Shown in pieces: positions 38,256-47,535 of a DNA stretch of 64,000 nucleotides. Made by a program: the position numbers and the translations under genes. The DNA is from an uncultured Gemmatimonadales bacterium (lineage in GTDB: Bacteria > Gemmatimonadota > Gemmatimonadetes > Gemmatimonadales > Gemmatimonadaceae): assembly GCA_963701965.1 (NCBI GenBank), contig OY969695.1, forward strand, positions 3,648,001 to 3,712,000, read 5' to 3'. How positions within the stretch are numbered: the stretch's first letter is position 1; the number at the start of each line of letters is the position of its first letter. The notes under the pieces were generated by a model. It saw nothing but the letters and a program-made list of their open reading frames with translations. It had not been told where the DNA came from and did not search any database.

Positions 38256-40859
38256 TCACGACTGGAGCCGTCGTCGGGTTATCCGGCGACCGCCGCTTCC
38301 TCCTCGGCCTCTTCCATTCTCGGTCTTCCGCGTGGTCACCGGCTTGGACGCCGGCAGCAGGGCGATCTCGAAGACCTCGTCGAGCGTCTCCACGGGGTGG
38401 AAGGAGAGCGCGTTCCGGACCTCTTCCGGAATATCCTCCTCGTCCGCCTCGTTGGCTTTCGGCAGGATGATGGTGCTGATGCCCGCGCGGTGGGCGCCGA
38501 GGACTTTCTCCTTGAGGCCACCGATCGGCAACACCCGCCCGCGCAGGGTGATCTCGCCCGTCATGGCGACGTCCCGCCGGACCGGCCGCCCGGACATGGC
38601 ACTGACCAGCGCTGTCGCCATGGTCACGCCCGCCGACGGCCCGTCTTTCGGGATGGCCCCGGCCGGCACGTGGACGTGCACTTCCATGGAGCCAAGCCGC
38701 TCCTCCGGGATCTGGAGCCGCGACGCATGCGTCGCCGCATACGTCAGCGCGGCGCGCGCCGACTCCTTCATGACATCGCCCAGCTGCCCGGTGAGAATGA
38801 GCGAGACATTGCCGCCACCACTCACCTGCTCGCGCTCCTCGTCGGTCCGCGGCGCCGAGCCCAGGCGGCGGATGGCGGCCTCGACGAACATGATGTCGCC
38901 CCCCATGGGCGTGTAGAACATGCCCGTGGCCACGCCGACCTCGTTCTGCTCGTTCGCGCGTTCGGGATGCACCCTCGGCCGCCCCAGCAGCTCGCGCACG
39001 TCTTCCGCCGTGATCCGGAGGTCGTCCGCCGTACCCGACGCCAGCCGCCGCGCGATCTTCCGCGCCACGGCGCCGACTTGGCGCTCCAACTGGCGCACGC
39101 CGGCTTCCCGCGTGTACTCGGAGACAATCCGCATGACCGCATCATCGTCGAACGTCACGGTGCGCCCGCCACCGGCGAGCCCGGACTCCTCCAGCTGCCG
39201 CGGGATCAGATACTTCTTGGCGATCTCCGCCTTCTCCCGCTCGGTGTACCCGGCAAAATCCACGACTTCCATGCGGTCGAGAAGCGGACCCGGAATGTTC
39301 TGGATGAAGTTCGCCGTCGCGATGAACAGCACTTCGCTCAAGTCGAACGGCACACCCAGGTAGTGGTCCGTGAAGGTGTCGTTCTGCGCCGGGTCCAGCA
39401 CTTCGAGCAACGCGCTCGCGGGATCGCCCTGGTACGACGTCCCCAGCTTGTCGACCTCGTCGAGCAGGAACACCGGGTTCTTGGTTCCCGCCTGCTTGAT
39501 CCCCTGGATGATCCGGCCCGGCATGGCGCCGACATACGTGCGCCGGTGCCCGCGGATGTCGGCCTCATCGCGCGTGCCACCAAGGGCGACGCGCACGTAC
39601 TCGCGGCCGAGCGACCGCGCGATCGACTTGGCGATGGACGTTTTGCCTACGCCCGGCGGTCCCACGAACAGGAGGATCGGTCCGCGCGCCATCGCCCGCG
39701 CCTTCGCTTCCTTCGTGTCGGTGACAGTCCGCTCCTCGTCGCCAGTCTTGAGCGTCGGGGTCGCGTCCTCTTTGTTCGCCCGGAGCTTGAACGCCGGCAC
39801 CTCGCCGGTCTTTTCGACCTCTTCGGCGAGCTGCTGCGCCCGGAGCTGGCGCACGGCCAGGAACTCCAGCACGCGATCCTTCACATCCTGCAGCCCATAG
39901 TGGTCTTCGTTGAGCACCGTTTCCGCCCGTCCCAGCTCCAGCTTGTCGTCCGAGCGCGCGTTCCACGGCAGCTCGGCGATCCACTCCAGGTACGTGCGGA
40001 TGACCTGCGCTTCCATCGACTCGCGGCCGGCACGCTCCAAGCGCCCCAGCTCGCGCTCGACTTCCTGGCGCGCCTCCTTGGGGAGCTCCAGCTTGTTCAG
40101 CTTTTCGCGTAGCTCGGTGATCTCGCGGGCCGAGTCGTCGTCGCCCAGCTCCTTCTGAATCGCCTTCATCTGTTCGCGCAGGTACATCTCCCGCTGCCGC
40201 TCGCCCAGTTCTTCCTGGACCTGCGACTTGATGTCCTCCTGCGCTTCCAACAACCCGATCTGCCGTTGCACGTGCACGAGCACACGCCGGAGCCGCTCCT
40301 CGACGCTCAGCGTCTCCAGGAGCCCCTGCTTCTCGGCCACGCTCAGCTCGATGTAACCGGCGACGAGGTCGGCGAACTTGCCCGGCTCCGTGACCGAGTC
40401 CAGGACTTGGTGCACGACCTCCTCGGGCAGACCGCGCCGCTCGCCGAGCTCGGCGGCCCGCTCGCGGATCTCCTTATGGAGGGCCTCGAACGCCGGATCG
40501 TGCTCGTTCAGCGGCGACATCTCCTCGACCGGCATGACCACCGCCGCCAAGTAGTTGTCCGTCGTTTGATACTGGAGGGCCGTGGCGCGCTGCTCACCCT
40601 GGAGCAGCAGCTGGACGCCCCCCAAGCCGCGCTGAATCTGGCCGATGCGGGCGATGACCCCCATCGAGTACAGGATGTCCGGCGTCGGCTCATCGGTGTT
40701 ATCGCGCTGCGCAACCGCGAACACGAGCCGGTCGCCCTTGAGCGCCGCCTCGATCGCGCGCAGCGTGCCCGGCCGGCCGGCCGCGATCGGCGCGGTCAAC
40801 CCCGGGAAGATCACCGTTCCGCGAAGGGGCAAAACGGGAAGTGTCTGACGTTGTGCCAT
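38256..40859 (-). CDS. lon: ATP-dependent Lon protease
   Basis: GPPGVGKT, RGHRRTYVGAMPG, LLDEVDK, PKDGPSAG, IGGLKEK; true end may be 38279 if there is an indel near 38318. Confidence 0.97.
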   Translation of the reverse strand: MAQRQTLPVLPLRGTVIFPGLTAPIAAGRPGTLRAIEAALKGDRLVFAVAQRDNTDEPTPDILYSMGVIARIGQIQRGLGGVQLLLQGEQRATALQYQTTDNYLAAVVMPVEEMSPLNEHDPAFEALHKEIRERAAELGERRGLPEEVVHQVLDSVTEPGKFADLVAGYIELSVAEKQGLLETLSVEERLRRVLVHVQRQIGLLEAQEDIKSQVQEELGERQREMYLREQMKAIQKELGDDDSAREITELREKLNKLELPKEARQEVERELGRLERAGRESMEAQVIRTYLEWIAELPWNARSDDKLELGRAETVLNEDHYGLQDVKDRVLEFLAVRQLRAQQLAEEVEKTGEVPAFKLRANKEDATPTLKTGDEERTVTDTKEAKARAMARGPILLFVGPPGVGKTSIAKSIARSLGREYVRVALGGTRDEADIRGHRRTYVGAMPGRIIQGIKQAGTKNPVFLLDEVDKLGTSYQGDPASALLEVLDPAQNDTFTDHYLGVPFDLSEVLFIATANFIQNIPGPLLDRMEVVDFAGYTEREKAEIAKKYLIPRQLEESGLAGGGRTVTFDDDAVMRIVSEYTREAGVRQLERQVGAVARKIARRLASGTADDLRITAEDVRELLGRPRVHPERANEQNEVGVATGMFYTPMGGDIMFVEAAIRRLGSAPRTDEEREQVSGGGNVSLILTGQLGDVMKESARAALTYAATHASRLQIPEERLGSMEVHVHVPAGAIPKDGPSAGVTMATALVSAMSGRPVRRDVAMTGEITLRGRVLPIGGLKEKVLGAHRAGISTIILPKANEADEEDIPEEVRNALSFHPVETLDEVFEIALLPASKPVTTRKTENGRGRGGSGGRRITRRRLQS

Positions 40860-41054
40860 GCTGCGATACCCCTGGATGTTCCCTGTGAGAATGCCTCACC
40901 AGGTACACGCACAATGCGGGCTACCCGAGTTACGCCAAGGAGGCGGGAACCGCAATCTCCATGCGCCGCGATGGCACGGGTGGGCTGCCGGCGTGACAAT
41001 AGCTGAGGGCGTCTCCTTTCCGTCCCGAACGTCTGGTGCTACACTAGGTAGGCT

Positions 41055-43136
41055 GTGGCTCCCACCCCTCCCGAATCAGCCGACGTCGAGCTGCAAGCTC
41101 GTGTCGCCAGCGTCCTTGCGCCGGCCTACGTGGTCGAGCGCGAGGTGGGACGCGGGGGCATGGGTATTGTCTACCGGGCGAAAGATGTCCGCCTGAAGCG
41201 GGTGGTGGCGGTAAAACTCCTCCCGCCGGAGCTCGCGTACCGCACGGAAATCCGGACGCGATTTCTGCAGGAGGCCGAGACGGCCGCCCAGCTTTCGCAT
41301 CCGAACATCGTCCCGATCTACACCGTCGATGAGAAGGAGGGCCTGGTCTACTTCGTCATGGCCTTCGTCGACGGCGACAATCTGGGCGCCCGTCTCCGGG
41401 CCTCGGGGCCCATGGCGCCCGACCCCACGCGGCGCGTCCTTCGCGAGGTGGCCCAGGCGTTGGCGTTCGCCCACGCGCGGGGCGTCATCCACCGCGACAT
41501 CAAACCCGACAACATCCTGCTCGCGTCGGACGACGGGCGTGCGATGGTCACCGATTTCGGCATCGCCCGGGCCGTCGATGAGACGACCGGCACGCGCCTC
41601 ACGGCGACGGGCGTGGCGATCGGGACACCGGCCTACATGTCCCCGGAGCAATGCGCCGGCGACCGGGCTATCGATGGGCGCAGCGATCTGTACGCGCTAG
41701 GGGTCGTCGGCTATCAAATGCTCTCCGGCGCGCCCCCGTTCACCGGGTCGAGCACGCCGGCGCTCCTCGTCAAGCAGATCTCCGAGGCGCCCGTCCCATT
41801 GCGGGAGCGGGTGCCGGAGGTGCCGGAGTCGTTGGCGCGGGTGGTCATGATCCTCCTGGCGAAGGCGCCGGCCGACCGGTTCGCCGATGCCGGGGCGATG
41901 GTGGCGGCGCTCGATGGCGCGCCGGTGCCCGAGCCGCGGTACGTCCCTTCGGCCGCGCCGGTGTTGCCCGCGGGCCCGGCGTCCGCGCCAGTCCCCGCGC
42001 CGGCGCCGTCGGCCGCGGTGGTCAGCGCGTTCACGAGCGAAGACATCGCCCGGTGGTCGGCGCCGCCCGTGAACAAGTTCCGGAAGCGATTTACGAGCTA
42101 CGCGATTATTAACGCAGTCATCGTCGTCCTGGCGATCGTGTCCGACTCGGATCTCTTCGGGATTACGGCCATCTGGTCGGTCATCATGGCGTTCTGGTAC
42201 GCGCGACTGTGGACGGACGGCTACGACTGGCACGACGTCTTCAAGCAGCCGCGGGATCGCCTCTTCTTCGACGTCGCCGCCGAGGCGATCGACGATGCCC
42301 GCGCCATGTTCGACAAGGACAAGCGCGCCGAGGTGAGGGAGCGCCAGCGGCAGCTCCGCCAGAGCGCCAGTCTGTCCGTCCCGTATGCGATCGCGCCGCC
42401 GCGCCAGCGCGTGGTGGATTCCACCGATCCGGCCGTAGAGTCCTCGCGGCAGTCGGCGCGGGAGGAGCGGCGCGCCGAGCAGCGGGCCCGCAAGGAAGGG
42501 CGCCGGAGCAGCGCCTCGGGCAACTCCGTGGCGTCCGCCCCCGCCGCCCCGACGCCCACCACGCCGACCGCGGCTACGGACGCGGTCGCGAAGGCCGCCG
42601 AGGCGCTGGTCGGCGTCGACGTCCTGGCGGGAACCCACGGGCCGATCGTGCGGCGCGCGGTCGCCGATCGCATCGCGGTCAAGGAGATCGTCGACAAGCT
42701 GGGCGCGGCCGACCGGGCCATGCTTCCGGACGTCGTCCAGACCGTCGGGGCGCTCGTCGACCGCATCGCGTCGCTGGCGATCGCGTTGCACCGCCTCGAC
42801 GGCGACGTCGTGCCGGACGCGCTCCCCGCCCTGGATCAGCGCATCGCCGGCACGGAGTCGGAAGCCGAGTCGCCCGAGCGGGAGCGGAAGCTCGTGCTCC
42901 TGCGGCGCCAGCGGGCGACCCTGCGCGACTTGGCCGATCGCCGCGCCATCCTCTATGCGCAGCTGGAGAACGCGGGCCTCGTGCTCCAGACCATTCGCTT
43001 TGATCTCCTCAAGCTCCGCTCGGCCGGAGTCCAGTCGGCGATCGACGACGTCGCCAGCGCGACCCAGGAGGCGCGTGCCCTCTCGCGCGAGATTACCAAC
43101 GTGCTCAGTGTCGCGCAGGAGCTGAAGGCGATCTGA
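41055..43136 (+). CDS. Hanks-type Ser/Thr protein kinase with TM pair and C-terminal coiled coil
   Basis: GRGGMG, VAVK, HRDIKPDN, DFG, GTPAYMSPE. Confidence 0.93.
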   Translation: MAPTPPESADVELQARVASVLAPAYVVEREVGRGGMGIVYRAKDVRLKRVVAVKLLPPELAYRTEIRTRFLQEAETAAQLSHPNIVPIYTVDEKEGLVYFVMAFVDGDNLGARLRASGPMAPDPTRRVLREVAQALAFAHARGVIHRDIKPDNILLASDDGRAMVTDFGIARAVDETTGTRLTATGVAIGTPAYMSPEQCAGDRAIDGRSDLYALGVVGYQMLSGAPPFTGSSTPALLVKQISEAPVPLRERVPEVPESLARVVMILLAKAPADRFADAGAMVAALDGAPVPEPRYVPSAAPVLPAGPASAPVPAPAPSAAVVSAFTSEDIARWSAPPVNKFRKRFTSYAIINAVIVVLAIVSDSDLFGITAIWSVIMAFWYARLWTDGYDWHDVFKQPRDRLFFDVAAEAIDDARAMFDKDKRAEVRERQRQLRQSASLSVPYAIAPPRQRVVDSTDPAVESSRQSAREERRAEQRARKEGRRSSASGNSVASAPAAPTPTTPTAATDAVAKAAEALVGVDVLAGTHGPIVRRAVADRIAVKEIVDKLGAADRAMLPDVVQTVGALVDRIASLAIALHRLDGDVVPDALPALDQRIAGTESEAESPERERKLVLLRRQRATLRDLADRRAILYAQLENAGLVLQTIRFDLLKLRSAGVQSAIDDVASATQEARALSREITNVLSVAQELKAI

Positions 43137-43138
43137 GC

Positions 43139-44614
43139 TTGCGGTTCGGGCAACTTCTCAGTCTGGCCCTGGCCGTCGCGCTCGCGCCTGCGGCGCTTGC
43201 GCTTTCGGCGCACGCGCAACCCTCGCCGACGCCGCGTCAGGGACCCGCTCAGCCGCGTCAGCCTGTCGCCGCGACGGGTGATTCGTCGGGTGCGCCGAAT
43301 CGGCGACTGGCCACGACGCCGGGTCAGACACTCGCCCAGACGGGCGATTCTTTGCGTGAGCCGCATCGGTCAGTCGCCGACACGGGCGATTCTTTGCGTG
43401 CGCCGAAGGCGCCGCTACAGAAAACGCCGTCCCCCGTGCGGGGCCTCTACGTGAACCGCTGGGCGGCGCTCGGCAAGCGCGTCTGGGAGCTCGTGGACGT
43501 GGCCGAGCACACCGAGGTCAACGCCCTCGTGATCGACGTCAAGGACGACCGGGGCTTCGTCCTCTACCGGTCCCGCGTCGCCTTGGCGCGCGCCATCGGC
43601 GCCGACACGGTGAGCCCGCTGCCCGCGGTGCGGCTCCGCGCCCTGCTCGATACGATGCGCGCGCACCGGATCTATCCGATCGCGCGGATCGTGGTGGCCA
43701 AGGATCCGCTCCTGGCTGAACGACGGCCCGAGTGGGCGATCCGCCTCCGGGCCGATACCAGCCGCCCCTGGCGCGACAAAAAAGGCCACGCCTGGTTGGA
43801 CGCGCACCAGTGGGATGTCTGGCAGTACGCCGTCGACTTGGCCCACGAGGCGGTGGACCTGGGCTTCTCCGAAGTCCAGTTCGACTACGTGCGATTCCCG
43901 GACGACAAGAATCTGGTGCGCGAAGCGGCGTTCCCACTGGCGCACGGCCGCGTGCGGGCGGCCGTGATTCGCGAGCAGCTGGGGCGCGCCCACGCGGCCC
44001 TGGCCCCACTCGGCGTGCCGGTCACCGCCGACGTATTCGGCCTTACGGCCACGGACACGACCGACATGGGGATCGGACAGCGCTGGGAGATGTTCGTGGA
44101 CCGCGTCGACGTGGTCCTGCCCATGAGCTATCCCTCGCACTACGCGCCGGGGACCTACGGCTACACGTCCCCCAACGCCCACCCGTACGCCGTGATCGAC
44201 CGGACCCTCAAGGACGCCAAGCGCCGGTCGGCGGGCATCGCGGGCGCGGCATCGATCCGACCGTGGTATCAGGACTTCACGCTGGGCCCTCCGCACTACG
44301 GCGCCGCCGAAGTGCGGGCCCAGATCAAGGCCGGCTACGACAACGGCGTTGATGGCTGGATCCTGTGGAACCCCGGCAGCCGCTTCTCGACCGCGGCCTT
44401 GGCGCTTGGCGGAGCCAAGCGCTGTCCAACCGACACAGGCTCTAGCAGTGCGAAGCGCTGCGTAGAGCCTTACAACGCGTCCAGGCGCTCTTCGAGCTCC
44501 GTGGCGAGCGACTCGTGCCCGAACCGGTGCGCCGACTCGATGCCTTTCCGGAGCGCCGCGCCCGCGTCCTCGACTCGGCCCAGCGACTCCAGCGCCGCGG
44601 CCAGCCGGCCGTAG
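43139..44614 (+). CDS. Putative glycoside hydrolase (DUF4015-like), secreted; C-terminus uncertain
   Basis: VRGLY, VIDVKDDRG, IARIVVAKD, EVQFDYVRFP, PMSYPSHY, RPWYQDF, WILWNP; reads through a repeat element and 145 bp into the convergent gene. Confidence 0.8.
   Translation: MRFGQLLSLALAVALAPAALALSAHAQPSPTPRQGPAQPRQPVAATGDSSGAPNRRLATTPGQTLAQTGDSLREPHRSVADTGDSLRAPKAPLQKTPSPVRGLYVNRWAALGKRVWELVDVAEHTEVNALVIDVKDDRGFVLYRSRVALARAIGADTVSPLPAVRLRALLDTMRAHRIYPIARIVVAKDPLLAERRPEWAIRLRADTSRPWRDKKGHAWLDAHQWDVWQYAVDLAHEAVDLGFSEVQFDYVRFPDDKNLVREAAFPLAHGRVRAAVIREQLGRAHAALAPLGVPVTADVFGLTATDTTDMGIGQRWEMFVDRVDVVLPMSYPSHYAPGTYGYTSPNAHPYAVIDRTLKDAKRRSAGIAGAASIRPWYQDFTLGPPHYGAAEVRAQIKAGYDNGVDGWILWNPGSRFSTAALALGGAKRCPTDTGSSSAKRCVEPYNASRRSSSSVASDSCPNRCADSMPFRSAAPASSTRPSDSSAAASRP
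44402..44470. repeat. Single copy of the hairpin-TGTCCAACCGAC-hairpin element
   Basis: GCGCTTGGC-GGA-GCCAAGCGC, core at 44423-44434, then AGGCTCTA-GCAGTGC-GAA-GCGCTGC-G-TAGAGCCT. Confidence 0.8.
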
Positions 44615-44778
44615 CCGTTGCCCTCATCGTCGTATCCGGCCAGATACGTCTCCAGGTGGGTCAGGGCTTCCGCCCACAGGGATTCTTTCAGAGCCTCGTT
44701 GGCCAGTCCGTAGTGCGCGAGCAGGTTGGTCGGATCTTTCACGACCATGCGGCGAAACGTCTCCAGGCGTGCGTTCAT
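44470..44778 (-). CDS. Small TPR-repeat protein
   Basis: DPTNLLAHYGLANE...YGRLAAALESLGRVEDA; ATGA overlap with the upstream gene. Confidence 0.85.
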   Translation of the reverse strand: MNARLETFRRMVVKDPTNLLAHYGLANEALKESLWAEALTHLETYLAGYDDEGNGYGRLAAALESLGRVEDAGAALRKGIESAHRFGHESLATELEERLDAL

Positions 44779-45572
44779 CGGGCGAGCAGTCCGGTGAGGA
44801 CGCGCGCCACGTGCTCCGGCGACTCCTCCGGCGCGTAGTGACGCGAGTCGGTCAAGAGCTCCACGGTCGCCTTAGGGAAGCTCGCTTCGAGCGCGCGCAG
44901 CTGGTCCGCCGGGACGAAGGGATCGTGCGTCCCCCCAATGATCGCCGCCGGCACCGTGATCGGCCCGGACGCCGGGCCGGGCGGCGTGCGCTCGTCGGCC
45001 AGCGCGTCCAGATGCGCGTGGAGCGCCGCGTGTCCTGCCGGCGTGCAGAAAGGCCGGAGATACTGGTCCAGGGACCGCGCGGCCCGTTCCGGATCGATGA
45101 ACCCGCGCGCCAGCCGCGACCGGATCGCCGGTAAGAGCAGCGCCGCCGGCAGACGTCCGACTCCGCGCAGGAGAGCGAACGTCGGCGGGCCGGGAACTGC
45201 CGTGTCGACCAGCCCCAATCGGGAGACCAGGGTCGGAGCCTTTCGGGCCATCAGTTGGGCGACTTGTCCGCCCAGCCCGTGGCCGACGACGCACGCCCGC
45301 TCGATGCCGAGGATGCCCGCCAGCGCCACCAGCCGGTCGCCGTGGGCGCCGGCGCTCAGATCATGATCGCCGGGCGGATCGCTGCGGCCGTGGCCCAGGA
45401 GATCCACGACCACTACGCGATGCCCGGCCGGCAGGCACGGCACGACCGCGGACCAGAGTCGCGAGGACGTGAGCGACCCATGAACGAGGAGCACCGGATC
45501 GCCGGCCCCGCGCGTGCCGGCGGCATAGTAATAGAGACGCGCGCCCCCGACGTCGACGAACTCTCCCCTCAT
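44775..45572 (-). CDS. Alpha/beta hydrolase fold protein (nucleophile position is Gly)
   Basis: LLVHG, VDLLGHGRSD, VVGHGLGG, GTHDPF, SRHYAPEE. Confidence 0.85.
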   Translation of the reverse strand: MRGEFVDVGGARLYYYAAGTRGAGDPVLLVHGSLTSSRLWSAVVPCLPAGHRVVVVDLLGHGRSDPPGDHDLSAGAHGDRLVALAGILGIERACVVGHGLGGQVAQLMARKAPTLVSRLGLVDTAVPGPPTFALLRGVGRLPAALLLPAIRSRLARGFIDPERAARSLDQYLRPFCTPAGHAALHAHLDALADERTPPGPASGPITVPAAIIGGTHDPFVPADQLRALEASFPKATVELLTDSRHYAPEESPEHVARVLTGLLAR

Positions 45573-47516
45573 GGCGCCGCCCCCTCCCAAGCCACGATGC
45601 GACCCGCGATCGCCGACGCGGCCACCGTGTACGGCGACGCCAGATAGAGACTCCCCGGTCCCGATCGTCCCGGAAAGTTACGGTTGATCGCCGAGATCGT
45701 GACATCGCTCTCCCGCCGGGAGACACCGGGACCCGCGTTGATGCAGGCCCCGCACGATGGCGCGATCAACGTGGCGCCCACCGCGGCGAACAGCTGGTCG
45801 TACCCCCGTTCGACGCAGTACGCATAGACATCCTGCGATCCACACTGGACGAAGCAACGCACGTGGGGCGCAACCCGGGCGCCGGCGCGGCGCGCGGCGC
45901 CGAAGACGCGCGCGTACATGTCCATGTCGTCGCGTTTGCCCGCGGTGCACGACCCCGCGTAGGCGATGTCGATGGCGATCTCCCGGTCCAACTCGGCCAC
46001 CGCCCGGCCATTGCCGGGATCACCGGGCAGCGCGACCATGGGCCTGAGCGCCGCCGCGTCGATCTCGATCTCGTACGCATACGCGGCGTCCCGGTCCGAC
46101 TGGAACCGCGCACAGTGCGCGTCGGCGTCCGCGGGCGACAGCCCGCGGCGCTGGACGAGAAAATCCACCGTCACCGCATCCGGCGCGACGATCCCGGTGA
46201 AGGCGCCCACTTCGGCCGCCATGTTGGTCAGCGTCGCCCGCTCATCGATCGACCACTGCGCGACCGCCTCGCCCGCGTACTCGATGATCGTGCCGATGGC
46301 CGCGCCCGAACGCACAAAGGGGTGGCGCAGCAACTCCAGCATGACGTCCTTCGCCGTGACGTTGGCCGCGGGGCGGCCGCGGACGAGGACGCGGCACACG
46401 GGCGGCACCTCGACGAGCACGTCGCGCGTATACCAGGCGTTGCACACCGCCGTGGTGCCGATGCCAAACGCCACGCACCCGACCGCGCCCGCGTGCGGCG
46501 TGTGGGAGTCGGACCCGACGATGACCTGCCCCGGCAGCGCGTGATCTTCGAGGATCTTGGAGTGGCAGATGGCCTCCGAACCGCCGCGCGCGACTTCGCC
46601 GTACAGCCGGATCCCCTGGTCGGCGGCGAACGCGCGCTGCTTGGCCTCGAGCGACCGCGCGACGTCGAGCAGGCCTTGGGCCACGTGCTCCGGGCGCATG
46701 GCGTCGGCGAGGAACGTCAGGTGGTCGCGAAAGAGCAGGACCGACGCCGGGTCGGCGACGCGGGCGGCAGGCCCGAACTGCTCCGCGAACAACATGGCCG
46801 CCATCGGCGTCACGTACTCGTGGCTGAACCGGAGATCGACCTGGACGAACCCCTGATCCCCGGGTCCCACCGCGCTGGCCCCGCCCACCCAGTGCGCCGC
46901 CAGGATTTTCTGGGCGATGGTCATCGGTACCGGCGCTTTCGGGGCTGGGGGCCAGGTCTCCCGTCCGGCGAGCCGCGCCACGTTGTAATTGCCGAGTCCG
47001 CCATATTCGACAATGCGGCGGCCGATCGCGCCCTCGTCCCGCGTGAATGCGCTGACTGGCACTGCCTCACCAGCGAGCAACCGCTCGAGCAAACTGAAAT
47101 CGGTCGAGGTCAGAAGGCCCAGGTTGCGACAGTTCTCGCGATAAATGCGCTCGAAGCTTTCGGCGAACACCACGCGAATCCCCGCGGCCCACTCCGCGTA
47201 CGGCGACTGCTCGCGCGACGAGCCCTTGCCGCGCCGGCGCCCGGCAACGGAGGCCGTGAACCCTCCGCGCGCGACCGAGCCACGGGTAACGACCGCCTCG
47301 CCCGCGGACCGGAGACCCAGGTAGGCAAACTCGCCCAGCGTCCGGTCGTGGTAATAGCAGATCGAATGCCGGCGTGATCTCGTCGGTCGAGATGTCATCG
47401 CGCAGGGCGACGCCCGGCGGGAGCGGCCACGGCAGGTCAATGCCATCCAACTGTTGCCGTACGCGAGCCGCATCATCGACGAGAAAGAGCACCCGCCCGT
47501 CTAGCGATTTGCTCAA
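45569..47516 (-). pseudogene. Aconitase/isopropylmalate-isomerase family protein (swivel domain fused before the Fe-S domain), split by an apparent 1-bp insertion near 47363
   Basis: Frame 1 RDDISTDEITPAF continues as ICYYHDRTLG in frame 2; GSSREQS, SFERIY, GSDSHT, NMAAE, GSCT, CGACIN, AINRNFPGR; may be a sequencing error; start uncertain. Confidence 0.8.
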
Positions 47517-47535
47517 AAGGTGCCTAACGTTACGC

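Noticed and set aside
40860..41054. Heat-shock operator (CIRCE) or RNA thermometer upstream of lon
   Set aside because: No TTAGCACTC-N9-GAGTGCTAA match; the one small hairpin is not diagnostic
43270..43400. Repeated ACGGGCGATTCTTTGCGTG / TGDS(LR) units
   Set aside because: Short coding repeats in a disordered linker; no sign of a separate element
47355..47370. Programmed ribosomal frameshift in the aconitase-family gene
   Set aside because: No slippery heptamer or stimulatory structure; similar indels occur elsewhere in the window
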